In this document: piece after piece, positions 37,286-50,043 of the stretch
How positions within the stretch are numbered: the first letter of the stretch is position 1
Layout of the letters: every line of letters begins with the position of its first letter
NCBI GenBank assembly: GCA_001643675.2
Contig: LSRY02000046.1
Coordinates: 62,001 to 126,000 of the forward strand
DNA length: 64,000 nt
Direction: 5' to 3'
Origin: Monocercomonoides exilis PA203
Taxonomy: Eukaryota > Protista > Preaxostyla
Notes under the pieces: generated by a model
What the model saw: only the letters and a program-made list of their open reading frames with translations
The model's database searches: none
What the model was told of the DNA's origin: nothing
Translations under genes and position numbers: made by a program

Positions 37286-38635
37286 ATGATTTCACAGTTT
37301 TACATATTAAACGTAAAAGGGGATACACTATTTTACAAAGACTATCGTGGAGATATCCCTCACATTACTTCTGATGATTATTGGCATGAAATGCAATCGA
37401 CAAAGGGGAAATGTGGACCAATTTTCAACATTGATGGAGTCAATTTTGTTAGCTTATTTGTTAATGATCTATATTTCGTTGTTGCAACAATTTTCAATGG
37501 ATCTCCAACTTACCTTTTGGAGTTGCTTTCTGCGATTTCACGCAATATTTCAGACTTTTGCGGTTCAACATCTGAATTGACTGTTCGAGAACATTACTCG
37601 CTGATTCTTGAATTAGTCGACGAAGTTTTAAATTTTGGTCATGCACAAACAACAAGCACAGACGATATCAAGCCTTTCGTCAAATCTGATTCGTCTGATA
37701 AATCTTCGAAAAGTTCTGTTGTTGGAGCTCTCAGCAAACTTCGTTCTTTTCTTCCGCCTTCACTTCTATATGCTGATGACACAACTAGCAGTGAAACAGC
37801 TCAAAAATCCATCACAGATGAATCAAACGTTAACAATGTATTTTTAGATCTTTTAGAAACTATTCACGTCACAATTGGAAAGGCAAGAGAAATAATCACA
37901 TCAGAGGTAACAGGATGCGTCAATCTTAAATCTTATTGTAAAGGAGTTATAGCTACAAAGCTGAGTTTTCTCCAACACATTCTTATGGCAGATACAACGC
38001 AAGCTGCACATGCCCTTCCTCATTCAGTTATATTAGATGATGCTTCTTTTCATTCAATTGTTGATGCCGATGCATTTGAAAAAGATAAGTCGCTTCGAAT
38101 AAGCTCTTTACCCATTGGTGAGACACAACTTATGCAGTATCGCATCTCAAAGAAAGTTACTCTTCCTTTGTCACTTGTTGTGAGCTACAATGAAATAAAT
38201 CCACACAGAGTTGAGCTACTGCTGAAACTCATCACAGACATTCCGGCGGATGTGGCATGCACGAAGATATGCGTGAAGGTGAAGGTTCCAGCGAGCGTCA
38301 GCGGGGTCAATTTTGTGTCTCAATCAGAGGAGTCGTCGAAGAGGAAAGAGATGACTGAATACTCTCTAGGTGACCACGAGGTGGTGTGGATGACAGATCC
38401 AATGGAGAAAGACGAGGAACGCGGAATGCTGCTGCGCATCAGCACGGACGACACCATCACACCACTTTTCAGGAAGCAGATGGGTCCGGCAGTGCTCTTC
38501 TTTGAGGTGCCTAACTACACTCCATCTACTCTCTCAATGCAATTTGACTCAATTTCCGATGGCAGTCGCTCGTTTAACCCGTCACGTTGGATCAGACGAA
38601 TGACTTTCAGCGGATCTTGTGTGTTTCGTTTCTGA
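37286..38635 (+). CDS. AP4M1: Adaptor protein complex AP-4 mu subunit
   Basis: MISQFYILNVKGDTLFYKDYRGD matches the AP4M1-type N-terminus. 'ILELVDEVLNFG', 'LDDASFH', 'LMQYR', 'FEVP' and 'RWIR' fit the mu homology domain. Intronless. Confidence 0.85.
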   Translation: MISQFYILNVKGDTLFYKDYRGDIPHITSDDYWHEMQSTKGKCGPIFNIDGVNFVSLFVNDLYFVVATIFNGSPTYLLELLSAISRNISDFCGSTSELTVREHYSLILELVDEVLNFGHAQTTSTDDIKPFVKSDSSDKSSKSSVVGALSKLRSFLPPSLLYADDTTSSETAQKSITDESNVNNVFLDLLETIHVTIGKAREIITSEVTGCVNLKSYCKGVIATKLSFLQHILMADTTQAAHALPHSVILDDASFHSIVDADAFEKDKSLRISSLPIGETQLMQYRISKKVTLPLSLVVSYNEINPHRVELLLKLITDIPADVACTKICVKVKVPASVSGVNFVSQSEESSKRKEMTEYSLGDHEVVWMTDPMEKDEERGMLLRISTDDTITPLFRKQMGPAVLFFEVPNYTPSTLSMQFDSISDGSRSFNPSRWIRRMTFSGSCVFRF

Positions 38636-39303
38636 AGTGTTTATAGCGAAGAGGAGGATTCTGTGAATGCAAATGCGACGAGATTGGGATTATGTTGAAC
38701 TGTTTAAAGTCTGAGTAATTTTTTATTATTTTTTTAATTTTAGCGACTCAGAACATTTGAAATAACAATTTGCTTTTATGCAGAAAATAAAACTACGAGT
38801 TCACAACAATGCTTTGATCGCATTTCTTATCTTTCATCTTCATCATACTCTTCCTTTTTCCTGTTCTTGGGAAAATTATTTCTTTTCCCACATTTTTATC
38901 TTTGCTTATCATTCTTACATATCTTCTCTTATTTTATTAGTTTTCAAATTGTTTTGGATCAATTCGTATTCTATTTTTGATTCTCTTTATAACTGCTCTT
39001 TACATACTTTAAGATCATATATTTTTACTGTTTATCTCTGTCTTTTTGAAACTTTTCTTTCATTTTTATACAGTAAGAAAACTTTGATCTTCCTGAGTTT
39101 TGCTATCATCTCATTACATTCTGTAACTTTATTGAAATACTTTTCTAACTATCCTCCAAACTATCCTTCATGTTCACTTTATTTAAACAAAATGCAAATA
39201 TTGCAAGAATGATTTATTATTAATTTGTTTTGCCAAAAAATCTCTTCACCAAAAATACTTTTGAGAAAAAATTCTGCCGCTTTCAATTATTCAGTCAATA
39301 TAT

Positions 39304-39971
39304 TCAATACTTTGCTCCTTCCGGTGGTTGCGATGTTCTTGGGCATGTCTTCATCATATCTGCAATTGCTCGCAAAGTGCCTCTGATAGTGTTGTCAGGT
39401 ACCCAATTCTTCAAATATGGTAATTTATCTCGAACGACCTACAAAATCATTGGAACATATTAAATTTATTTATCAGAAAATACTACTTATAAATTATTAT
39501 TCACACCCTTCCAGATCCATCAACGCAAGGAATGTTGATGCGATCAACAAATTGAAAAGTTGGAGGTTCTTTTGGGTAATCTTCTCCACAGTATATCTTC
39601 AAATTATAGAATCGTCCAGCAAATTGTGTTGTTTCATTTCCAACTATGCAGCCCACCCAATCATGAAGTTGTGGCTAAAAATATTTATGGAAAGTTTTGA
39701 AAATGAAAAAATAAATAAAAACAATGAATTAAATAAAACAAACATCATCTCCATCAACACCAAAAGAAACAGTTGTATGAAAATCACCTCCACCTGTTTT
39801 AGCATCTTTTTCTCCAACTTCAAGCTCAGAAAGAAGACGAAAGCTTCTGGGAAGTGCAGTTGATTCTTTCAGAATAAATTTGCAATAAATTGAAAATAAT
39901 ACATGACAATAACATAATTTTAGCATGATTACTTTAAAAATGACATCAAATGAAAATGACATACGCGCCAT
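39304..39971 (-). CDS. MMS2: Ubiquitin E2 variant Uev1/Mms2 (multi-exon)
   Basis: 'LPRSFRLLSELEVGEK...VSFGVDGDD|...WVGCIVG...RFYNLKIYCGEDYPKEPPTFQFVDRINIPCVD...QPPEGAKY*'. Confidence 0.92.
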
Positions 39972-40673
39972 CAATTTTTAGTTGTAATCAAGAATTACAA
40001 TAACAAAGTAAGGGCATTTTCATTCATTTTTTATTCCATAACAAAAAATGAACTACGTGCATTAATGTTTCTGTTTTGTTCGATATATTGTGAAATATGA
40101 ATGAAATCAATTCTGAACGAACCAGAATAAATATTGATGAACAATTTCTTGTTCGAGCATTAAAGAATGCGAGATTTCGACTGTAAACGAAATATTGTTA
40201 ATGATTAATTTGATTTTTATTTATGCATAACTCTGGGTTACATCTTCAAATTAAACTCCCTTGAAAGTTCCATTGGAAGGACTTTTTACAAAAATATGAA
40301 TCAACGAAACAAACAAATAACATTTTGAACAAAGAGAGAGAACAGAAAAATCATTAATAATTCAGAAAAGCAAACAAAAAGTGAATAAATGCTTTAGGGA
40401 TATTTGAATATTATTTTCGTGAAAAATTTGTTTATTGAAGATGTGAATCAATTAAAAGTTATTTCTTGTTTGAGATATAGACACAAATTATTTTTTCAAT
40501 GAGTATTGCCTTGTGAAACTCATTTCAAATAATTATGATTTTTGCGTTGAGACCCATTTTAAAATTTTTTTAAAGTCTGTTTTTTGATGTGATTTTTTTG
40601 CTTTTTAAAATAGATTATGATTATTTTGTATGTGTATACCATTTTCTCAGCACACCAGAAGTATTAGTGATAA

Positions 40674-41156
40674 ATGCTCGTTTTTGTTATTGTTGGAAAA
40701 AGCGATATTCCTTTATATCAAGCAATGTTTATAAAGTCTAATGAAACGGAAGATGTATCACGCTCTGATCAATTTTTAATACACGCAGCACTTGATTGCG
40801 TTGATGAACAAGTTTGGCAAAACTCAGCACCGTTCCTCAGAATGGTTGATTTTTCTGAAAAAGCGCAAATTTTTGCATATGTTACTCCTGGCCATACTAG
40901 ATTTATGCTATATGTGGAAGAGCCTACAGCACAAACAGAATCGCTTGCAGAGAGCTTTTTTAAGCAAGTTCACGAGACTTATATGAAGGTATACTCAATT
41001 TTTTATAGAAAAGAATTTTTGATTTCTAAATGAATTTTTCAAAAGGTAATTTTGAATCCATTTTATGAAGCAAATACCCCCATCACCATGAGTGCATTCG
41101 ATGAAAAGATTAAAAACATTGGAATGAAAACTTTTTCTTCGTATTTACCAAGATGA
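40674..41156 (+). CDS. TRAPPC2: TRAPP complex subunit 2 (sedlin/Trs20); 1 intron
   Basis: 'FVIVGKSDIPLY', 'QFLIHAALDCVDE', 'AYVTPGHTRFML', 'FFKQVHETYMK|VILNPFYE...AFDEKIK'. Confidence 0.92.
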
Positions 41157-41560
41157 CAGGCCTCAAAGCAAAAATCCAATTATTTTTGTAAAATTAAGTT
41201 CAACACTTTTTCAGAATTACCATTTCTTATGATGGCATGCCATTAATGATAGCATGATCATCTTTATTTTTTCCTATTTGTTGTGTAATTTTGAACAAGA
41301 ATGCAAATAATTTATATTAAAAAAACATTATTTCATTTCCAATTCCAATAAAAAATTAAATAAAAAAGAAAGAAGAAAAATTATTTGAGTAGAAATAAAC
41401 TGAAGATTGATTGAGGTGACAAATGGAAACAGCGGAAAGTTAAGAATATTTAAGTTGTAAAAGATATAAAGACATTTCAGCAACATTAAGAACACAACAA
41501 GATTGAAGAGAACGGAGAAATCATAATGAACGCAAGGCAGATTCACAAAATAATGACAAA

Positions 41561-44500
41561 TCACAGAACATTGTCAGTGAAAAGTGAATCGTCGTTAATC
41601 GCCTCCACTTCTTCATCTTCATCATCGGAGCTTTCGTTCTCGTCCATTTCAACTTTAGATTTCTTTCCTTTTCCATTTTTTGAGTTTTGCGTGCCTTTCT
41701 TTTTGTTTGGTGTTGCTTGAGTAACTTTTTTGCTTCTGAGCGATTTTCGTGGCTCCTTCACTGTAACTTCTTCACTTTCATCTTCACTAGCTTCTTCAAT
41801 TTCCTCAATATCTGCTTTTTTCCCTGTTTTTCCTTTTTCTGATTCTTTCTTCGTTTTACCAGCAGTCTGCTTTGCTTTTTCTTTTCTCTGAACATCTTTG
41901 CTTTCCTCTTCTACTTCCTCTTCCTCTCCTTCCGCATTCTTCCTCCTTCTTTCTTCGTTCTTTTCTTTCTCAGCTTTAACTTCTCCTTTGCTGGCAACAC
42001 TTCCCCCTGCTTCCTTTGGCTTGTCCCTCACTTCAACTTCCTTCTTCCCGCGAAGCGTGTCAAAGTAGCTGGTGATAAAGTAGAAGCGATACGGATGCGC
42101 TTCTTCCATTTCCTTCGTAAGAGACCCACTTTTCTTCACAAGATAGCGCATTCTGAGTGAATAACATAACAAAAGGAAGATAAAAAGACAGAAAAAAATA
42201 AAAAAATAAATATTTACATTAAAAATGTTGACAAGTATAAAATAGTTAGATAGCACACAATGACCACTTTTCAGTGATAGACAAATGTTTGGCGATTGAA
42301 ATCAAGAATGCAAAGACGCAGCCGCGATCAGCCATATCACGCACTCCCCATTCAATCAGATACTTTGAGCATTCAGTCAGCTCGGCATGACGCGGAGACA
42401 AGAAGTGGAGATCGAGCGAGGTAAGAGCAGAAGAAATAGACAGAGAGGCAGAAGAAGCAGCAGAGGAAGAGGAAGCTAAGGAACGAGAACGGCACAGCTT
42501 GGAAATGATAGAAGTGGCATAAGTCAAAGAAAGAAGGGTTCTTGGCGTCGAGTCTGCAGAAGAGGAAGTTGAAGAAGAAGAATTAGACGAGGAAGTCGAA
42601 GAGAATGAAGAAGAAGAAGAAGGCGACAGAATGCCATTTTCATTGTCTGAAGCAGAAAGACCTCTTCTTTCCTCGTCACCGAGCTCGTCTGGCGGAACAA
42701 CAAGAAGCGCTGTGATGTACTTCACAACTTGTGCATCCACCCGCCAACTTGGCTTAATCAGCTCTTCCTTTTCTTCGATGTCTTCTCCTTTCTTTTCGGA
42801 GTCAATGCTTTTTCCTTTCTTCTTCCCTTTCTCCTCTCCACTCAATCTCTTCCTTTCCTCCACCATTTCCTCCCATCCTTTCTCTTCGTCCACTTTCGCC
42901 CTCACCAAATCCACAACTTCCAGTGCTCTGTCTGACACTCTATTTCCACACCCAACCAGCAGCACACACACCAAATACAGCACAGCCCTCCCGTCCTGCC
43001 ACAGAATCATCATCCACTTCGCATACTCAACAAGACTCTCCAGTCGCGTAAGGATCGCCGAGCGTATCTGGGAAAGCGCTTGATACGCAGGCGACGAGGC
43101 CAGCTGGATAAGATACGGTAGAAGAAGTGTGCGATGCTTCAGAGGAAGAGAGAGAATTGCGGTGGAAGAGAAGGCAGAGGATGAGGATGATGAAGAGGAT
43201 GATGTTTCAGCAAGAGCTGCAGGAGTCAACGGATCATCAGCAACGTTGTTAATGATGTACAGATAGGACTCGAGAAGAGACAGAATGGCTGATTCAGAAG
43301 AAGCAGTCGAAGACGAGTCAGCCAGAGATGATATCAAAGATGGTGTCTTCGGAGAAAAGACTGAAGCCGAAGGGGCAGACGCAGCTGAATAAGAAGATGA
43401 TGTCGAAGCTAATGGCGAAGAGAGAGAAAGAGGAAGCACTTCAGAAATCAGATCCGGCGAAGACAAGAACAAAAGCTGCCTATTCCGTATTTCCTGTTGG
43501 GATGGCAGATTTTTGCTTTTCTGCCCTGCCTTTCCGCCATTTGCTGCTTCGTCGCCTTCTCCTTCGCCTTCTTCCTCATCAGTCTTTCTTCTCTTTTTGG
43601 TTCCGCTTTTCGGCTTTGCAGATTTCTCTTTTCTTTTCTTGCTTTCTTCTTTCTCGTTTTGCGTTTGTGTAATCTTCTTTCTCTTAAACACAGGCATTTT
43701 AACCTCATCTTTCTTTTCTTTTCCACCCTTCTCATTCGCTTTTACATGTTCACTTCCTTCTTCATCAAGTTCTGCTGCCTCTTTTTCTTCTTCGTCTTCA
43801 TCGTCGCTGTCTTTCACTTCTTCTATCTCGTCGCCTTCGATCTCTTCGCTTCGCGTATTTCTTCTATTCTTCTGGCTCTTCTGTGTTGCGGATGGATTCT
43901 TCTTATTGCCTTCTTCCTCTTCCTCCTCATTTTCCTCTTCTTCCTTCTTTTCCTCCTCATCTTCTTCGTCATCGTCTTCCTCTTCTTCTTTGTCCTCTTT
44001 CTCACCGCTTTCCCTCGTCTTCTCTCTCACAATCCTCTCCATCAGATCAGCCGTCTCCTTCTTCACAAAGTGCAGCCGAGTGAGCAGAAGTGGAATTGTG
44101 TTCAGTAGAAATCCTCGAAGCATCTTAAACTGCGTCAAAGTGCATCGGATGACCAGCCCGTCTTCTGTCGCTTCGGAACCAGCAGCGCTTTCTTCGCTGA
44201 ATACAGACGAAGACACACGCGGAGTGGCAGCTGAAGAAGACGATGAGGCAGAAGCAGAGGCAGATGATGAGCCAGAAGATGAACGAGATGCAGAAGGGCT
44301 GAGAAGAATAAGCAGCTCCAGACAGAATTGGAAGGAGCGCTCTCTGACCATCTCGTTGTGGTTATTCAGAAGTCGCAGCCCGACATCAAAAATGGCATTG
44401 ACAAGAGTCAAAGACGAGGAGAATGTGAGTGTCGGTGCAGATGTGATGGAAGCAGAGGAGCTCATCGAGTCTGCCAGCTCTTCATCAAGCTCTGCTGTTC

Positions 44501-47500
44501 CCAATGAAACAGAAGCAGCAGATGAAGAGGAAGATGAAGAGCTTGCCTGGCTTTTTCTCTTCTGTCTTCTTTCGATTGTTTGCAGCAGCTCAGCTTCCTG
44601 TTCACCCTCACCGTCTGCATCCAGATCTTCTTCGATCTCAATTGGCCCATCGTTTTCTGCTCCATTTTTCTTCTTCCCTTTTTTGGCTGTTTTTGATTCT
44701 TTGGCATCTTTCTCTTTGTTTTTCTCATCTGCTTTCTTCTTTCCTTTGCCTTTTTCCTTCTCTTCGTTTCCACTCTTCTTCCCCTTTCTCTTTTTATCCT
44801 CTTCATCTTCCACTTCTTTCTCCCTCGACTCAATCATCTTCTCTCCTTCCTCTCTCTCCTCCTCTCCTTTCTTCATGTCCTCCACCATCTTCTTCAGCCA
44901 GCTGACGCCTGCTCTCAAACACAGCAGCAGATACTTCATAACCTCGTTGTGCGAAGGCAAAGAGCCATCAGCCACATTCACAGCGAAGGAGAGCAAAAGA
45001 GACAGGAAAGGCGAGAGGAGAGAAAGAGGAGAGACATATTGCAGAAGATAGAACAGACGCTTCAGCTGCAGATGGAGCGTGGAAAGTGTCAAAGCTGAAC
45101 AGAATTATATAAATGTGAAATATGAACAATTTACGTGAATTTGCATTGGATGACATGATTGTCATTAGAATGTGACATAACACATAAAGATAAAAAAATA
45201 ATACATAGAGCGAAAAAGCTTCAATTAATCACAAGCAAAAGCAAGGATACAAACCAGCCTTTCCAACAGCTCCGATTTCCTTCAACCTTCCACTCTGCCC
45301 CAAAGTGGATTGCAACGGTATTCTATCAACACTGTCGCTGTCATCCTGTTCTTCAGTCACTTCAACCATCTCTTCTCCAATTGCTCTTTCACTGCCTTCG
45401 TTTCCTTCGCCCATCTCTCCGTCTTGTTGAGTTTCGAGTTTCAGCTGCTCAATCAGCCTTTCTATGCGCTGGAAGAGGAGCATGTAGAGATGAGAGAGGG
45501 ATATTTCAGCAGGAGTGTGTGTCGAAGGAGAAGAAGTGAGGAGAAGAGAGAAGGTTGAGCACAATGCAGACAGCACTGTTGATGTCTGGTGCTTCAGAAT
45601 GAGAGACGGAATGTGCTGCAAAAGAGAGGGAAGAGCCTGACACAGAAAAAAACAATACAAAATGAATAGAAAGATAACAGAAAAATGAGAAAAAAAAAAG
45701 ATTTTTAAGTTTTCTTGGCAATTGGAGTACAAACCTTTGCTAAAGCAGCATCGCTGGCGATGTTCCAATCGAGTGAAGGAAGCAAAAGAATGAAGCAGAG
45801 AATAATGTTGTTGTTTGTGGCAAAACGCACAAAAAGAGAAGGAAGCTGGCGGAATAAGACAAGCGAGAGATTGCTCATCGACGAAACTCTGAATGAAAAC
45901 GGTTGCTATTAAAAAAATTATTCACAAACAAATAATCAGCAAATATTGTTAATGATATAAATAGATAAATACACAAGAATACAAATATTCCAACAATGAA
46001 AATCACAAAAGCGAATGAAAAGTGTTAAATATTATATTCATTTTTATTGCATTTCTCTCTTTCTCTTCACTTTCAGCACACTTCAATCAGATTCAGCTTG
46101 GGAATCAACGCCTTCGACTCTCTCGTCAGCTTTTTGATTTTCAGATGAGACAGAATCTCTTTCAAGCCCATCTTGTTTTTCTTCCTCTCTTTTCTGTCTT
46201 CGTCGCTATCATCTTCGTTGCTGTCTGACCCGTCTTCGTCTTCTTTCTCTCCACTTTCGTTCTCTTCTTCGTTCTCTTCCTCGTTTTCTCCATCGTCTTT
46301 TTCCTCCTCTCCTCCTTTAGTTTTCTTTCCTCCTTGTTTCTTTGCCTTGTCTCTCCCTCTTTTTTTGGGCTTTTCCTTCTCCTGCGAAGGCGACGTGAAT
46401 GCCAACACGAGTGTCTGTACTGCCTCCATCAGCATACACGACACATACTCTGCCTCTTCTGTGCTGAGGGCTGCGTTTGAGGAAATGAATGACTCCGAAG
46501 AAGAAGAAGAAGCTGATGAAGATTGAGTCATTTGGCTTCTGCCTCTTTTTGATTTTTGTGTGGCTTTGTTGTCTTCGTCATCTTCTTCGCTTTCTTCTTC
46601 ATCTTTTTTTGATTGGCTACCTTTCTTTCCTCTTCCTCGTGCTTTTTTCTGCTTCGGCTCTTCTTTGTTGTCTGCAGGCGACAGTTCACCTGGCTCAGCT
46701 GACAGAAGCATTTCAAGATAGACAATCCAGTTCTATTTATAGAGAGGAAAAAATAGACATGTGTGTAAATTATTCAGAAATCAATAGAATTAATTTATTA
46801 AAAAATGAATCAAAAAAATTCAAATTGCTAAAAGTTCTCCAATTTCATTCATTTGCTTTTATATATTCAAAATGAAAATGCGGATTTATCTTTTTCTTTT
46901 TCATTCCTAAGCACACCATCAAATGAGGCTCCAGCATTGATCCAACAGCTGCCTGCACAATAAGATGAAGAAGTCTTTTCCTTTCTTCTGGCTGTTTTGC
47001 TTCTTCCATCACAAACTTCACAATAAACATGATGCTCTCACGAGATAAAACGGGATCTGAATGAAGAATTTATTGGATAAAAAAAACAAATAATTTCAAT
47101 ATTAAAAGAACAGAAATAACAAAATGATTTAAACGAATCAGTTCATAACAAAACGTAAAACTTTTTTTTTAAAAAAATTCAACAGATATTCCATCAAATT
47201 CAAAGTTCGGTAATAAAAAGCCATTCAACAACATGTCTTATTGCACATTGTCAACACACACCTGCCTGAGCACTGCGGCTGTCTGGAGAGACATCCATCG
47301 ATGGCATTGTTGCCAGTGAAATATAAAGGAACTTCACAGCTGCACAACGCGCCGCAAACGATGTCGGATGAATCAGCTGTTGCATCACTGCATTTTTCTG
47401 CACTCCGCTCATTTGCAGCAGTTGCACTTTCTCCTTTTCCTTCTCTTTCTCTTTTTCCTTTCCTTTTTCTTTCTTTCCGGCTTTCTTTGCTTTTTGCTGC

Positions 47501-49316
47501 TTGTTTCCTTTCCCTTTCCCTTTCTTTTTTCCTTCTGCTTTTGCATCTACATCGTCTTCCACTTCAACAACATCGTTCTCTTCACTTTCGCTTTCATCAT
47601 CAACCTCTTCCTTTTCCTCCTCTTCATCGTCATCTTCATCATCAACTACAACTTCAGCCGTTTCCTTCTTTTTTCTTCCCTTTTCTATCTTCTTCTCTTG
47701 TTCATACTCCCTCAGCAGCACATCACAGCACACAAGAATCGCTCCAACAGCTGCTCCTTCACTGACATCGTTGGTCATTTCCACCAGACGCGCCAGGAAG
47801 AATTCTGCAAATGGCAGCAGGCCTTCAAACAGAGAAGGTGTTGAGAAGAGCGTGTGAAGTGTCCAGACAGAAGCTTCACGAACTGCTGGCACCTGAAAAG
47901 GACGAAGAAAGTTAAAATATCAAATGATGGTTATTGAACAATAAAACGAATTAGTTTGAAAGCAATTTCATAAGAAAAATTTAAATTGGTGTTTTAGATT
48001 TCATTTTCATAATGTGCATAATCGACAAATCATTAGCTCTGTTATATATATGCATACTCTATCGTTAAGCATCCATCCCAAGTATTTTGTGTGAAGATTC
48101 GACAAAAACATTTTCCTGTTCAAAATAATCCACTCTCCAAGCTTTGTAATGCACAGCACTCGGATAGCTGGAATCGAGTCTCGATAACGATGTACGAAAA
48201 CAGACGTGAAAAACTGCTTTTGTATTGTTTCTTCGATGAACCGTATCTTCTCTTTCAGTTGGTTTGACTGATCAATTAAATGTTGGTGATGTGCATTAAT
48301 CTTTCCCTAATTGAATAAAAAACAAAGTTTTGTTGATTAAATAGAGATTATAGTTTGTTTTAAAAATTTTTTGAGAATTCATCGATGCATTTTAGATTGT
48401 AGAGTGAAATATGATTAGGTTTCAAAAGAAAGAAAACGAAAGAAAATATGAGATTGAATATGTTAATTCCAATTGAGTTAAATAAACCTTTTTTTTAGGC
48501 TTTTGCTCTGCTTCTAAAAGAGCATTATTTGTGTTGTTCTCTTCATTAAGTTCGTTCAAATGAACAATGAGAGCTGAAATGAATTCAAGAGCCAAAAGAG
48601 TGTTCGTGTGCCTGAATGGTCTAATATTTGATCTAAAAAAATCAAAATAAAAGTTTTCCAATAAAAATTACAAAAATCTAAAGGAAACAACAAGCCCAGA
48701 TAATGTTACGAGCCATGTGAAAAATGGTTCAAAATCATCTTCATATAAAGCTCCAGTGCTTATAAACTCTCTCATCAAAAGTGAAGGTATCATTCGAAAG
48801 TGTTGGTCAAAATACGATGTCCATATTTGCTTCATAGCAAGTGGATATATTCCCTATAATTTTAAAAATGTGTGAAATCTCATATAAATAAAAATAGGAG
48901 CAAAACATTTTTTGGAAAGTGTTCCAACAATTCTGTTGCAATTTCGTTTGTACATTCGGGAAGGACTTCCTCCAAAGATGCATTACATCCAGAAGACTAA
49001 AATATAAATATAATTCAAGTTATAAAGTCATTATACAATAAGTTGATAAAAAAATACGTGAAGCAAGAAATTCAACAAGAGGAGAATTGCTTCGTCATGA
49101 TTTTCAGTATAAAGAGTCCTCCATTTAGTGCATAAAGCTCGTAGTGATGATGGTTTTTTGACAAACTCCGCTGTTATTCATTAAAAAATTTTTCAAATAA
49201 AAAATAATTTTTTTGAAATTCTTCTTCAAACCAAAAAATCCATCAGGTAATTTTTTCAGAAAATCCTCTTTTCTTTTGCTTATTTTAGCTGTGCTTCCTT
49301 CTGACTTTTGTTGCAT
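41561..49316 (-). CDS. SCC3: Cohesin subunit SCC3/STAG (SA), multi-exon, with large low-complexity insertions
   Basis: STAG domain 'IRPFRHTNTLLA', stromalin conservative domain 'VFVHRYRDSIPAIRVLCITKLGEWI...KYLGWMLND', and 'ARLVEMTNDV'. Downstream HEAT-like segments are interleaved with E/K/S-rich tracts. That all downstream exons belong to one gene is inferred. Confidence 0.85.
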
Positions 49317-50043
49317 CAACGTTAAGAAGCAATGAAAAAACTTAAATTTGACATAATCCCATCATACGTTTTTTAACATTAGATTTCTTTTTGGAAAAAA
49401 TATTTTTAATATCATAATATCGTGAGTTCTCAAGCATGAGAATATTTTATTAACTTTTATTGATAACGAAATGCCAACCAACGAAACAATAAATCAATAA
49501 TCCTATTTTACTCGTTAAAAAGAAAATCGAAATTTGAATGATTAAAACAGTTGCTCCATAAATTTGAAAGCACAAAAACGCGATTGAGGATTATTTTTCA
49601 AAACGAAGTGAAAAACATAATTAACTGTTGTTTTTATTTTTTCAATGTTTTTATTCAATTTTGAAACATTGATAGAAGTAGGGTGTTATCCAACACAAGC
49701 AATCCATCAGAAATGAATAGAAAAAACAGAAAAAGAAATCTTTTTTCTAAATAAAAAAAAATTGTTCAATAAACAATAAAACACAAAAATACAACGATGT
49801 TTCTTGAAGTACAAAAAAAGAAACAACATTTTTTCAGAGGCAAATATTATCTGCAAATGCAAATCATACAAATTCTGAATGGAACAATTCAAGTGATGTT
49901 TCCGTATTCAACTATCCCATTTATTGTATCAGCGAATTCAAAAAGAGTTCAAGTTTGTGTGTCACCTAAAACATAATAATAAATTGTAAAATGACCAGAA
50001 AATATTGTTCATGTCATATTAAATTAACAAACAAATAATTCAC